In this document: positions 8,638 to 18,965 of the stretch, piece by piece
Numbering within the stretch: the stretch's first letter is position 1
Layout: each line of letters starts with the position of its first letter
Assembly (NCBI GenBank): GCA_040387495.1
Contig: JAZKDQ010000001.1
Coordinates: 62,001-126,000 of the forward strand
Source: Pseudomonadota bacterium
GTDB taxonomy: Bacteria > Pseudomonadota > Alphaproteobacteria > Paracaedibacterales > CAIOTO01
Length of the DNA stretch: 64,000 nucleotides
Direction: 5' to 3'
The notes under the pieces: model-generated
What the model was told of the DNA's origin: nothing
The model's database searches: none
Seen by the model: the letters and a program-made list of their open reading frames with translations, nothing else
Program-made: the position numbers and the translations under genes

Positions 8638-9877
8638 ATAAATTTGCTTTTGTAAGGATGTACCTTCGTACAATTTGTGAGGCATGTGCGGATAAGCAAA
8701 GACCCACAGTTATGCTATATAAGATTGTGATACTTAATAAATGACATATAAGAAAACTAAGAACAAATGCAACAAGTCCAGTGATGCCAGCAAGGGTGTC
8801 TTCTATGATTTTTCCATTGCTAATCAATAATTCATGTTGTGGACCCCATAGAAGTTCAAGAAAACGCACGAGTAAAATAATAAAGAGAGGCACGCGTAAG
8901 GTTTCTGTGAATGAGCCAAGAACCAATGGTAAAAAAGGGTTGAGTAGAAACATAATAATCATACTAAGCAATGTTAAACCTAAGAGGAACATATGATTTT
9001 GCTTGATGATAGGCAGTGTTTCTTTGTTTTTTGGATTAAATAATTGCCATGGCATAGCAAGGCATAAATAATGTTGCAAAATCATGAATCCATTTGCTAC
9101 TTGGGTACCAAGACGGAATTTTCCAACGAGATCAAGGGGTAGAAAGTGTCCAAGTAGCAAGCTGTCTATGGCACCATTCACACGTGATACAAAGTTGTTT
9201 ACGATCAGACCACTGGTATAAAGTAAAACATTTGTTTTTTGCAATAAATTTGATTTTCTTAAATAAATATGTCGATATTTTATTAGGTATAAAATAGTAA
9301 TAAAAAACAAAATAGTATTTACAATAATAGTTATAGTAAAATAATGTGCGGCACTGAGTGGTTTTATGATAAAAAGAGACGCTGTTAACAACCCTGGAAA
9401 TAAGATGTCACGTACAATAAAAAATTTCATAACGCGATTCGATGATCTTATAATGGCCATGCCCATTTCATTGAGTCCAAGCACAACTGCTGTAAAAAGC
9501 GCTAACGAATAATCTAAAGCTATAAAAACGCACACAATAGCAATGCTTGTAATCAAAGAAGAAATTTTTAAACTCAAAATAAGGTAATCCCTTGAAAAAA
9601 GAGACGATTCATTATTTGTTGCATTTGATCTACGTGTGAATTGATTGAGCCACATATCACCGCCGCAACTCACAACTGCCGCAATGACATTTGCTAAAAT
9701 TAAGAACAAGCTCAAGCGACCAAATTCTGTTGGGTGCATGAATGTATTTGCGATTAATAAATTTACAAGTAAGGATGATTTAGAATAGAGTGCACCAAAA
9801 AATCCAACGAGAGATCCATCCCTTAAAAAAGAAAGGATGTTTTTAATAAGTGCGGCAATTCTTTGTTGATTATTCAT
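8630..9877 (-). CDS. Polysaccharide flippase (Wzx/MOP family)
   Basis: Many TM segments; P.EFGRLSL and D.LLLGHFL....VG.F patterns; glycan-cluster context. Confidence 0.7.
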   Translation of the reverse strand: MNNQQRIAALIKNILSFLRDGSLVGFFGALYSKSSLLVNLLIANTFMHPTEFGRLSLFLILANVIAAVVSCGGDMWLNQFTRRSNATNNESSLFSRDYLILSLKISSLITSIAIVCVFIALDYSLALFTAVVLGLNEMGMAIIRSSNRVMKFFIVRDILFPGLLTASLFIIKPLSAAHYFTITIIVNTILFFITILYLIKYRHIYLRKSNLLQKTNVLLYTSGLIVNNFVSRVNGAIDSLLLGHFLPLDLVGKFRLGTQVANGFMILQHYLCLAMPWQLFNPKNKETLPIIKQNHMFLLGLTLLSMIIMFLLNPFLPLVLGSFTETLRVPLFIILLVRFLELLWGPQHELLISNGKIIEDTLAGITGLVAFVLSFLICHLLSITILYSITVGLCLSAHASQIVRRYILTKANLYE

Positions 9878-10656
9878 GTTTTTGTTGCTACAAGGAAAAA
9901 GCCTGACACTATTAGATTGTCAGCAGCAATATCTTTAAATTTAGATGCATAGGATTTCTTGTAACAGTTAAAGTGTTGCATTGCCTTTTCTTTTAATTTT
10001 ACAGGGATGTCATCAAATTCGCATTCATGTTCAAGACTTCCTGCTCCATAGAACCCCGTTATAAAGAATTCAAGCATGCAACCAATTTCATTCATAGCTT
10101 GTTTATATTCATGAAAAAGGACACGATTAGGAAAGCCACATCCTTTGGTCATAAGACCATAAATCCAGCTAAGTATAGTTAAAAAGGTGCTATCATGTGA
10201 GCTTGGGGTAAGCATAGCATGATCTTGTAAATCTACTTTATGAATTAACTGGCCGCCAGGGTTTAGTGCCTTATACATGGTATGTAGGGATCTAATTGGA
10301 TTATTCAAATGTTCTAGAACAGATCTAGATATGATTATATCATAGCCCTTATTATCATCAAAAAAAGTTTCTCCTGCAGCGTCTTTTCCATAATAACGCT
10401 TGATCATTGGAAACGTTGTGTCATCAGCTAAATTAGAATTTTCAAGAAATTTCTTAATTGTTGGACGTGTATTGCTGAGTTGCTCATAAATTTCACTTTG
10501 TTTTTCTGCATTGCGTATTGTTGAGTGGGTTGTGCCAGAGGTAGATTCAATACCACCACTAAATCCACGAAGGTGTGTACATAAATTATGTATGATGTAT
10601 GCACAACAATTTAGGATAATTGATCTCTTTAGAAAAAGTTTAATCTTTTGTTTCAT
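9874..10656 (-). CDS. Class I SAM-dependent methyltransferase-like protein, possibly internally deleted
   Basis: YDIIISRSVLEHL.NP...L..MYKALNPGG.LIH.VDL.DH; no recognisable motif I (GxG). Confidence 0.65.
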   Translation of the reverse strand: MKQKIKLFLKRSIILNCCAYIIHNLCTHLRGFSGGIESTSGTTHSTIRNAEKQSEIYEQLSNTRPTIKKFLENSNLADDTTFPMIKRYYGKDAAGETFFDDNKGYDIIISRSVLEHLNNPIRSLHTMYKALNPGGQLIHKVDLQDHAMLTPSSHDSTFLTILSWIYGLMTKGCGFPNRVLFHEYKQAMNEIGCMLEFFITGFYGAGSLEHECEFDDIPVKLKEKAMQHFNCYKKSYASKFKDIAADNLIVSGFFLVATKT

Positions 10657-11792
10657 TTATTATTCTCATTTATTAAAATATTTCTTGTTCTCGAAACCAT
10701 TTTTTCAATTGTATATTGTTGTGTGATTTTTTCTCTAAGCATAATCATATTATTTTTACTACATGGTATGTTAAGTTCCTTTAAAACTTTTTCTCCCATA
10801 TCGGTAGCATCTCCCACATTAACAATTTTCTCATCGTCATTTAAAATAAGAACTGCATCCCCGACGTTTGTTGCAAAGCATGGGATTCCTGAACTTAAAG
10901 CCTCACATAAAACATTAGAAAAACCTTCGCCATAAGCTGATGTTGAACATACGACATTAAAGGCGTTATAATTAATATCCCTCCCGCAATCAATCCAATA
11001 AATATGGTCAGCTGGTAGGCCTATCTGATTTTGAAATGCTTTAAGTTGTTCATAGTAAGCATTTTCTCCACGACCTACAATAGCAAAAAAGATGCTTTCA
11101 TTTTGATCATAAATAGTCTTTGCCATTGTTAGAAACATGCGATGATCTTTCATAGGATCAAGTCTAGCAATAATGCCTACCAATGGTATTTTTAGCGGGA
11201 TACCATAACGTGTACGCCAAGCAGTTCCACTTTTAGGATCAGGTTTAAATTTGTCTGTATCGATTCCATTTTGAACAATATACGTTTTTTTTGTTTTAAA
11301 TCCACGTCGTTTTAATTCAATTAATCCAGCGTGTGAGTTGGCAATAACGACATCGGCGAATCGTGCAACGTATGCTTCAATTTTAGCTGTCAACCATTCT
11401 AAATAGCCATAATCGGACCATTTCATGAATGAGCCGCGAAAGCTAATGGCAATACGTTCATGATGTAGGAATCGTAGGGCTTTTAGCAAGCAGACTAAAA
11501 TGTTTGGTACACATAAAAAGGGATAAATGACATCTGCTTTTTCAGCACGAATAGCTGTAGTTAATGTTTTTAAAAATGAAAAAACATCCCATCGTGATTT
11601 CTTTTCAAGTGTGACGATATTGATATTCTCGAGGTAATAATCATCAGGAGATTTATAGAATGTTAAAATTGTGACTTTATGCCCTATTTTTTGTAAACCA
11701 ACTGCAAGGTGCATTAATTGTCGTTCGGCGCCACCTATGGATAAAGCTCGGCATAAAAATACGATTTTCTTTGATATGATAAGCTTTGTCAT
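10653..11792 (-). CDS. Glycosyltransferase family 4 (WbnK-like)
   Basis: GGAERQL, NGIDTDKF.PD, ARLDPMKDH, EGFSNVLCEALSSGIP. Confidence 0.92.
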   Translation of the reverse strand: MTKLIISKKIVFLCRALSIGGAERQLMHLAVGLQKIGHKVTILTFYKSPDDYYLENINIVTLEKKSRWDVFSFLKTLTTAIRAEKADVIYPFLCVPNILVCLLKALRFLHHERIAISFRGSFMKWSDYGYLEWLTAKIEAYVARFADVVIANSHAGLIELKRRGFKTKKTYIVQNGIDTDKFKPDPKSGTAWRTRYGIPLKIPLVGIIARLDPMKDHRMFLTMAKTIYDQNESIFFAIVGRGENAYYEQLKAFQNQIGLPADHIYWIDCGRDINYNAFNVVCSTSAYGEGFSNVLCEALSSGIPCFATNVGDAVLILNDDEKIVNVGDATDMGEKVLKELNIPCSKNNMIMLREKITQQYTIEKMVSRTRNILINENNK

Positions 11793-12916
11793 TTTGTCGT
11801 CCCAAATTGACTATAAAATGTAGCATAATCAGCGGTCATTTTCTCAAGAGAATAATTTTGCAAAATATGTTTTCGTAATTGCATTGAATTTACTGGGTTA
11901 TTCAAAAGCATTATGACCCTTTGTGCAATGTTTTTTGCATCACCAATAGGTGCTACACACCCCATATCATAGATAATTTCAGCAGCGTCACCAACGTCGG
12001 TTGCAACACAAGGTACGCCAGATGCCATTGCTTCACCAATAACATTAGGGAACCCCTCGCCAAAAGAGGATGTCATGCAAAGTACATCAAGACCACTCAT
12101 AAGGGCAGGAATATCCTTTTGTGCTCCAAGTAAAAGCATCTTTTTTTTAAGACCGCCAAATGTTTGAATTTCTTTTTCTAAATCATTATTCTTAGTATCG
12201 AGGTTGCTGCCTATCATAATAAAACATACATCGTTTTGTTGTTGTGCAATCAGATGACATGCTTTTAGAAATGTAGGTATATCCTTTTGCGCATGCCACC
12301 TCGCAACGAAGCCAATACACTTTGTTTTATCTGGAATGTGGTAAGCACCCCTAAAGCGCGCACGTGCTTCGGTATCAATGCAGAAAGCATTGCAATTAAT
12401 ACCATTGGGAATATGTTTGAATTTTGACTGGTTATATCCAAGTGAGCTGTGAAAAATAATTGCATTTTTTGAACAACTAATAATTGCTGTGGGTACCCAG
12501 CGCGAAAAACATGAGGCAAGACGAGCAATAAACTGAATTGAGCTATCCTTCGGCAAAGTTCCGTTGCGAATATTCCAAATAATGGTTTTAATGCCTGCTA
12601 ATTTGCCGATCAACCCGCCAATAACATCTGCATGGTACATCCATGTTTGCATAATATCGGGTTTTGTTTGCCTTATTATTTTGAATAATTGAATACATTT
12701 AAAAAATGTAGAAAATCGATTGGGTTGCATATTTAGGTGGAAAACATCAATGCCGATGTTTCTAAATTCATGTGTTAAGTCATCAGGAGACTGGGCTGTT
12801 AAGCTAACAACTGTATGCGAAAATAAAACAAGGTTCTTAGTAAGCCGAAATAACACATTTTCAGCACCTGAACGCTTCAGGCCTGTAATTACATGTAGAA
12901 TTTTAAGCCGCTGCAT
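11789..12916 (-). CDS. Glycosyltransferase family 4 (WbnK-like)
   Basis: ILHVITGL..SGAE, QTWMYHAD, EGFPNVIGEAMASGVPCVATDVGD. Confidence 0.93.
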   Translation of the reverse strand: MQRLKILHVITGLKRSGAENVLFRLTKNLVLFSHTVVSLTAQSPDDLTHEFRNIGIDVFHLNMQPNRFSTFFKCIQLFKIIRQTKPDIMQTWMYHADVIGGLIGKLAGIKTIIWNIRNGTLPKDSSIQFIARLASCFSRWVPTAIISCSKNAIIFHSSLGYNQSKFKHIPNGINCNAFCIDTEARARFRGAYHIPDKTKCIGFVARWHAQKDIPTFLKACHLIAQQQNDVCFIMIGSNLDTKNNDLEKEIQTFGGLKKKMLLLGAQKDIPALMSGLDVLCMTSSFGEGFPNVIGEAMASGVPCVATDVGDAAEIIYDMGCVAPIGDAKNIAQRVIMLLNNPVNSMQLRKHILQNYSLEKMTADYATFYSQFGTTK

Positions 12917-12962
12917 GTGTGCCAAGAATGTATAATGTTACTTTTAACAAAGCTGAGATGCA

Positions 12963-13047
12963 TGGTGCCCTCGGGGAGACTCGAACTCCCACATCAGAAG
13001 ATAATAGATTTTGAGTCTACCGCGTCTACCAATTCCGCCACAAGGGC
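12963..13047 (-). tRNA. tRNA-Leu(CAA)
   Basis: GCCCTTGTGGCGGAATTGGTAGACGCGGTAGACTCAAAATCTATT...GGGAGTTCGAGTCTCCCCGAGGGCACCA; long variable arm, anticodon CAA. Confidence 0.97.
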
Positions 13048-13261
13048 TTTGCATGTGGAAGATTATCATTTGGGTTTATAAAATACAACAAAAAAATTGA
13101 AGTGTGATGTGAAATATAGCTATTTCGTGTTAGCCAATCTTTTTAAAATGATGAAAGTCCATGCTTTTGTATGAGCCATCATAAGCAGCTTTGGCTTGCT
13201 CTTTTTGTTGCTATTTCTATTGTTGCTGATTATATATTATCACAATTAATGCAACGAAGAG

Positions 13262-13405
13262 CTACAGCCCTTCATCCTTAAGCCCATCTCTGAAAGCCTT
13301 GATGCCTTTTGCAACATCACGCATTACACTTGGTACACGTCCTGCACCAAAAACGACCAATACAATGATCAGTAAGATAATAAGATGTGTTAAACTGAAT
13401 CCCAC
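13262..13405 (-). CDS. tatA: Twin-arginine translocase subunit TatA/E (47 aa); not in ORF track
   Basis: GTG start with [53 protein letters not shown] (FG hinge plus amphipathic helix). Confidence 0.93.
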   Translation of the reverse strand: MGFSLTHLIILLIIVLVVFGAGRVPSVMRDVAKGIKAFRDGLKDEGL

Positions 13406-13431
13406 GATGACACTCCAAATTAATATTTATA

Positions 13432-14439
13432 CTATTTATATGCTATTTCTCGGTTTACATCAAGTGCTGTGCTGTTGTTTTGTATTTGTATAATCTTGAG
13501 TGATTCAAGTAGGGCAGGAAACCCTTGTAAAAAAGCGTGTGCATTCATTGGTTTTCCACCAGAGCGTTGCACTATTTTAAGTGCCAGGCTTCCTTTTGTG
13601 CATGCAACGCATAAAGCATGATCATCTGTTGAAAAAAACACTCCAGGTTCAAAGCTATGATCAACAATAATATCTGCTGCCAGCACTTTAATAGTTACAC
13701 CTTCAACTGAAAACCACGTGCCTGGCCAAGGGTTAAGTGCTCGAACGTGAGCATGCAAGGCTGTTGCGGGTTCATTCCAATTGAGTTGACCCTCGGCCTT
13801 TTCAAGCTTTGCAGCATAGGTAACACCTTCGGTGGGTTGAGGGATAGCTATTATTGCTTGCTCTAGTAAACCATTAAGTGAATCACGTAACAATGCTGCG
13901 CCAGAGGTGGCTAGTTGATCGTGCAAAACTGGTGTTGTTGTTTCTGATGTAATTGGTAGATAAGATTTTGCAAGCATCGCGCCCGTATCAAGTCCTATAT
14001 CCATTTGCATGAGTGTAATACCTGTCTCCTCATCCTCGGCCATAATTGCACGTTGAATGGGTGCAGCACCTCGCCAGCGTGGTAACAAAGATGCATGGAG
14101 ATTTACGCAACCTAAACGTGGCGCCTCTAATATGGCGAGTGGTAAAATCAATCCATATGCTGCAACGACGGCTAAATCAGCATTCAGCGATTTAAAAAAT
14201 AGTTGTTCATCTTCATTGCGGAGGCTTTTGGGCGTATAAACATGGATGTTATGTTCTTCTGCACGGATGTGGACTGGTGATTTTTGCACATGGTGACCGC
14301 GATCACGCGGAGTTGGAGGGCGTGTGTAAACGGCTATGACTTCGTGTGGTGAATTAATAAGAATTTGCAGCGCTTCTACTGAGAAAGAAGGTGTCCCCAT
14401 AAAAATGATGCGTTGAGGAATGTGGTGTTGTTCAGACAT
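13432..14439 (-). CDS. fmt: Methionyl-tRNA formyltransferase
   Basis: IIFMGTPSF, VVAAYGLILP, NLHASLLPRWRGAAPIQRAI. Confidence 0.97.
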   Translation of the reverse strand: MSEQHHIPQRIIFMGTPSFSVEALQILINSPHEVIAVYTRPPTPRDRGHHVQKSPVHIRAEEHNIHVYTPKSLRNEDEQLFFKSLNADLAVVAAYGLILPLAILEAPRLGCVNLHASLLPRWRGAAPIQRAIMAEDEETGITLMQMDIGLDTGAMLAKSYLPITSETTTPVLHDQLATSGAALLRDSLNGLLEQAIIAIPQPTEGVTYAAKLEKAEGQLNWNEPATALHAHVRALNPWPGTWFSVEGVTIKVLAADIIVDHSFEPGVFFSTDDHALCVACTKGSLALKIVQRSGGKPMNAHAFLQGFPALLESLKIIQIQNNSTALDVNREIAYK

Positions 14440-14580
14440 TGATTGGCTTAGTTGTAACGTTTTTTTTGAGCTTACAAAATTTTGAACCAAATAGGTATAT
14501 ATATATACAAATTTGGTTATTCCCCCATCGGCATAAAATCGATATGATGTGAAGAAATAATTAATGAGAAAAAATAAACA

Positions 14581-15639
14581 ATGTTTTTAGCACAAATCTC
14601 TCGAATTGGATCATTTTTTAAAAACACAATGATCGTTAAGTGTGTGGCATGTATCGTATTGTTAGCCCCTTTTGTTTTTGGTGATCAGCCGTCCAGCATT
14701 ATCTCTTCTAGGTTATCTACGACGCCTGTTATTGTTGTGACAATTAAGCCTATTTATGGTTTGGTGGCAGCTCTGACGCAGGGCATTGCAACACCAATAT
14801 TGCTATGCGAAGGGCGTGGTTCAACGCATACATTAAGTTTGGCGCCGAGTGACATCAAGACTTTGAGTGGTGCAGATTTGGTAGTATGGGTTGGTGAGTC
14901 CTATGAAATGATGATGGCAAAACCTTTGATGAAGGCAATTAAAGGTGATCAGTTACTGGCACTCGATAAAATTAATGGCCTTACATTATATCCGCAGCGT
15001 TCGGGTGGGTTTTTTTCAGGCCACGGTTGTCAGCATTGTTGTGGTGACCATCATGATCATGACCATGCACATGACCATAATGATGATGATCATCATAAGC
15101 ATTCCTCCATTGACGGGCATTTCTGGCTTGATATTGACAATGCAAAAATATGTGCACGTGCGATCTCTGCTGTGCTTATTCAGAAATGGCCAATACACAA
15201 AAATGCTATTTCAGTGAATTTGACAAAACTTGAAAGTGATCTTGATGCATTGAAAGTAGAGATTAATGTTCAATTGTCTTCAGTTAAGGGGAAAATAGCG
15301 CTCATTGATCATGATTCATTGCAATATTTCGAAAAGCAATTTGGCTTTTCAGTCAAAGGTGTTCTAAGTGATGAGCATGGCATGGCGCCATCGTCAAAAC
15401 ATTTGGAAAAGCTTAAGAGTGAACTCGATGCTAATCTTGACGAAGGTTTGATAAAAGTCTTTTTTTATGAGGGCATGGTTGATGGTAAGGCGTCTTCGTT
15501 GTTAACTAATTTAGCAAAGGCATATTCAATACGCCTTACATCTTTAGATTATGTTGGTGATCAGTTACCTAAAAGTACTGATGTATATCAGGCATGCTTG
15601 CGGGCTATTGCTAGGCAAGTTAAAGCAGGTTTTGCGTAG
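14581..15639 (+). CDS. znuA: Zinc ABC transporter substrate-binding protein
   Basis: VVTIKPI, STH...L.PSD, His/Asp-rich loop, DGHFWLD, HDSLQYFEKQFG. Confidence 0.85.
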   Translation: MFLAQISRIGSFFKNTMIVKCVACIVLLAPFVFGDQPSSIISSRLSTTPVIVVTIKPIYGLVAALTQGIATPILLCEGRGSTHTLSLAPSDIKTLSGADLVVWVGESYEMMMAKPLMKAIKGDQLLALDKINGLTLYPQRSGGFFSGHGCQHCCGDHHDHDHAHDHNDDDHHKHSSIDGHFWLDIDNAKICARAISAVLIQKWPIHKNAISVNLTKLESDLDALKVEINVQLSSVKGKIALIDHDSLQYFEKQFGFSVKGVLSDEHGMAPSSKHLEKLKSELDANLDEGLIKVFFYEGMVDGKASSLLTNLAKAYSIRLTSLDYVGDQLPKSTDVYQACLRAIARQVKAGFA

Positions 15640-15650
15640 GGATTATTTTA

Positions 15651-16430
15651 ATGATAAAAATGTATGTTGATGCGGCTAAAACAAAAAAGGCATATGCATA
15701 TTATGCGCGTATAGCGGAATGTTTTGAGTTAGTTCCTATTGAGCAGGCAGATGTGATTGTTGTTCTGGGTGGTGACGGTTATATGCTGGATGCTTTGCAC
15801 CGAACAAATAATATAGGCAAGCCTTTTTATGGTGTGCATTGCGGGACAGTAGGTTTTTTGATGAATGCTATTGCATTGGAAGACATTGAAAGTTTGCAGC
15901 AACGTATCGAAAAAGCAAGTGTAACAAAGCTGCACCCACTTAAAGTTGAAGCAGAACAAATTGATGGTACAAGAACGACGCTACATGCGATTAACGAAAT
16001 CACGTTGCAGCGTCAAACACATCAAGTATGCAAGTTGTCGATTGCTATTAACGATAAGGTGCGTCTTAAGAATCTAGCCGGAGATGGGTTGATCATATCA
16101 ACGGCTGCTGGCAGTACAGCGTATAATTTTTCTGCGCATGGACCAATTATTCCACTGGGTATCCCATTGCTTGCATTGACGCCGCTTAACCCCTTTAGGC
16201 CAAGGCATTGGAAGGGGGCTATTATTCCAAATACGGCGCATATAGCTATTGAAGTTCTTGATGCATCAAATCGGTGTGTTGAAGCAACAGCCGATTATGT
16301 GACGATTCAAAATATTACACGTGCATTGATTGATGAAGATACATCGGTGGAATTTCATCTATTGTTTGATTCAGATCATAACCTTGAAGAACGTATTTTG
16401 AATGAACAGTTCGCAGGTGGGGGTGCATAG
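15651..16430 (+). CDS. nadK: NAD kinase
   Basis: VLGGDG, GTVGFLMN, AINE, DGLIISTAAGSTAYNFSAHGPI. Confidence 0.95.
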   Translation: MIKMYVDAAKTKKAYAYYARIAECFELVPIEQADVIVVLGGDGYMLDALHRTNNIGKPFYGVHCGTVGFLMNAIALEDIESLQQRIEKASVTKLHPLKVEAEQIDGTRTTLHAINEITLQRQTHQVCKLSIAINDKVRLKNLAGDGLIISTAAGSTAYNFSAHGPIIPLGIPLLALTPLNPFRPRHWKGAIIPNTAHIAIEVLDASNRCVEATADYVTIQNITRALIDEDTSVEFHLLFDSDHNLEERILNEQFAGGGA

Positions 16431-16476
16431 GGAGCCGCTTGTTCCTTTGCTGTATTTGTGAGCTGACAAGCCCGAG

Positions 16477-16503
16477 TAACTGATAATTTTCAATTATCAG
16501 TTA
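16477..16503. terminator. Hairpin between convergent genes
   Basis: Perfect 12-bp inverted repeat taactgataatt/aattatcagtta. Confidence 0.45.
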
Positions 16504-17624
16504 TTCATCGTCTTCAGTGAATGTATAAATGCTTTTTGTGCTATAGTAGTTTGTGTCATATCAATGGAAACATTATTGATTGACGTTGTTTCAATGTTTT
16601 CGTTATTTTGTTTTCTAATTACTGTTCTATCCCTTTTTATCCCCTTTGACGGGTGAATATTTGTTGTCATTTTGTCAAAAAACAAAAGTGTACTTTTTCT
16701 GTTTTTTATTAAAGAAGAAACTACGTTTGCCTGTTCTTTTGATTCTTTTGAAAATGTTAATTTGTCATTATTATTTTGTGGATTTTGTTGTGAAAATAAT
16801 AATTGCGATGTTTCAAGTTGTTTTTTATGGAGGAATTGTTGTTCTGAGGGGATTGCCTTATTTTCATCCTCATCTTTACTTAAAAAATAGATGCTGCCAT
16901 AACTAATCTCTTCTTCAGTTTCTAACTTAGAATCATCACTTGTTACCTCTTGCTGAAGAAGGCGCTGGTGATCTTGAGATTTTAACCTTGAGTGTTTTTT
17001 TGCTACATTTTTCACTAAATTATTATTCTTAGAATTACTTTGTTCATTTTTTGTTGTAATTCCAACAGTATGCGCCTTATATATTTCATTAAACCAATCA
17101 CATAACATATCGTGAGTTAATCCACTATAGATATATAAATTTTTATATTCATCACCATAGTCATCATCTTTTAAATTATATTTTGCGTTTTCATGTTTTC
17201 TCATAGAAAAATATTTGGAAACTTCTTGAGTAAGACGAAGGATCTCAAAATGTTTATACAATTCATTAGTTGCTAAAAGATCATGATCAGCGAGTAAGTG
17301 TTCTGGATAATTATCATGGACAATTATTGATCCCATAACGGCCTGAAGGATTATTTTTTTCTCATTTAATTCAGCATGACGTTTTGAAACTCTGTTTTGA
17401 TCAATTAATATGGTGTTGATGGTTGTAGTATATTCAACAAGAGCTTCATTTTTATCTTTAGAGATGGTCTTAGTATGAACCTCGTTTTTATGATTTGGTA
17501 TTGTATTAAATACACTACATCGCAGTGTGTTCTCAGTTTCGATAATATTAACGGCATTTGAAAAACAGTGAGATATAGCTACACATACCACCAATATGAG
17601 TTTGAAATAAAAGTTTATTTTCAT
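16497..17624 (-). CDS. Hypothetical protein with signal-peptide-like N-terminus
   Basis: 375-aa AT-rich ORF, hydrophobic N-terminus, low-complexity C-half; no family recognised. Confidence 0.7.
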   Translation of the reverse strand: MKINFYFKLILVVCVAISHCFSNAVNIIETENTLRCSVFNTIPNHKNEVHTKTISKDKNEALVEYTTTINTILIDQNRVSKRHAELNEKKIILQAVMGSIIVHDNYPEHLLADHDLLATNELYKHFEILRLTQEVSKYFSMRKHENAKYNLKDDDYGDEYKNLYIYSGLTHDMLCDWFNEIYKAHTVGITTKNEQSNSKNNNLVKNVAKKHSRLKSQDHQRLLQQEVTSDDSKLETEEEISYGSIYFLSKDEDENKAIPSEQQFLHKKQLETSQLLFSQQNPQNNNDKLTFSKESKEQANVVSSLIKNRKSTLLFFDKMTTNIHPSKGIKRDRTVIRKQNNENIETTSINNVSIDMTQTTIAQKAFIHSLKTMNN

Positions 17625-17775
17625 TTGCTAACCTTAAAGAAACTTATGCATGCACATTTACCATAAAAAAAATTATTCTGCAATATGAGATAAAAGTATT
17701 TTAAATTGAAGACACTTTGCAATCGTTTTGATATGATTATTAGGAAATATTATTTATGCTTAAAGAGGTTTCTTT

Positions 17776-18965
17776 ATGCCTGTTCCGTTGACTCTGCCGC
17801 AAACTGAAGGTGTTTTTTCAAAACAGGCACATGCAGATTTCCCGCTCTCCCCCGATGGCAAGCCAACATATGAACGCGAATTGGGTCAGTCAGGGTTTTC
17901 AGGCCTTGCCACACATATGCATCATACACATGCGCCAACGGCTTGGGTTGATATTGCTGGGGCGTTTCGTCCGCGTGCATTTGATGTGCTGAAACTTGAA
18001 CGTCGATCCAATGATCTTGCACGATTAATCGCATCAGAACTTATTTCGCCTTGGGTTGTACCTTCATTCCTCACCAATCAAGATGTCGATATACGCTTTT
18101 GGCATGTGACTGATTCTATGAAGAGTCTTGTGCGCAATGCAGATGGCGATTTTCTGTTTTTTGTGCATGAGGGAACAGGTGAATTATTCTGTGATTATGG
18201 TCATATGGGGATGCGAGAAGGGGATTATGTTGTTATTCCCCGTGGGACACAATGGCGTATTTCGATAACGACACGTATGAAAGTATTGATGATCGAAGCT
18301 ATTGATAGTCATTTTGAATTGCCAGATAAGGGCATTCTTGGTGCGCATGCGATTTTTGATCCAGCCGTACTTGAACGTCCAGTGATTAATCAATCGTTTA
18401 AGGATCAATACGATAGCCAGGCGCATTGGGATGTGTACGTAAAACGTCGTGGCGACGTGTCCGTTATTAGTTACGCATTTAATCCTCTTGATGCGATTGG
18501 CTGGCATGGAACATTGATGCCAGTAAAATTGAATTGGCGTAATTTACGCCCAGTGATGAGTGATCGCTATCATATTCCACCCTCTGTACACACCGTATTT
18601 GTCGCAAGAAATATTGTGGTTACAACGTTTTGTCCGCGGCCGATTGAATCTGATCCAGGCGCGCTTAAAGTGCCTTTCTACCATAATAATGATGACTATG
18701 ATGAATTTATCTTTTACCATCAGTGGCAATTTCTTAGTCGAGATCATATTAAACCAGGTATGGCAACGCTGCATCCATCAGGTATTACACATGGCCCACA
18801 TCCAGAGGGGCATTTGCAGTAGGATCCAACCATACGTGCGCTGCTACTGATGAAGTAGCATTAATGATTGATACACGAAATGCGCTTCATGTAGCAGAAT
18901 CAGTTTGTACGGAAGCTGAAGATATTAATTACGTGCATTCTTGGAAAGGAATACAGTACCCATGA
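17776..18965 (+). pseudogene. hmgA: Homogentisate 1,2-dioxygenase, frameshifted near 18808
   Basis: RNADGD, RYHIPPSVHT, KVPFYHNNDDYDE, TLHPSG.THGPHP; conserved tail TDEVALMIDTRNAL...YVHSW continues in another frame to TGA 18965. Confidence 0.85.

Noticed and set aside
13117..13245. Short protein-like stretch (QKEQAKAAYDGSYKSMDFHHFKKIG) on the minus strand between tatA and tRNA-Leu
   Set aside because: Preceded by an in-frame stop and too short to support as a gene.
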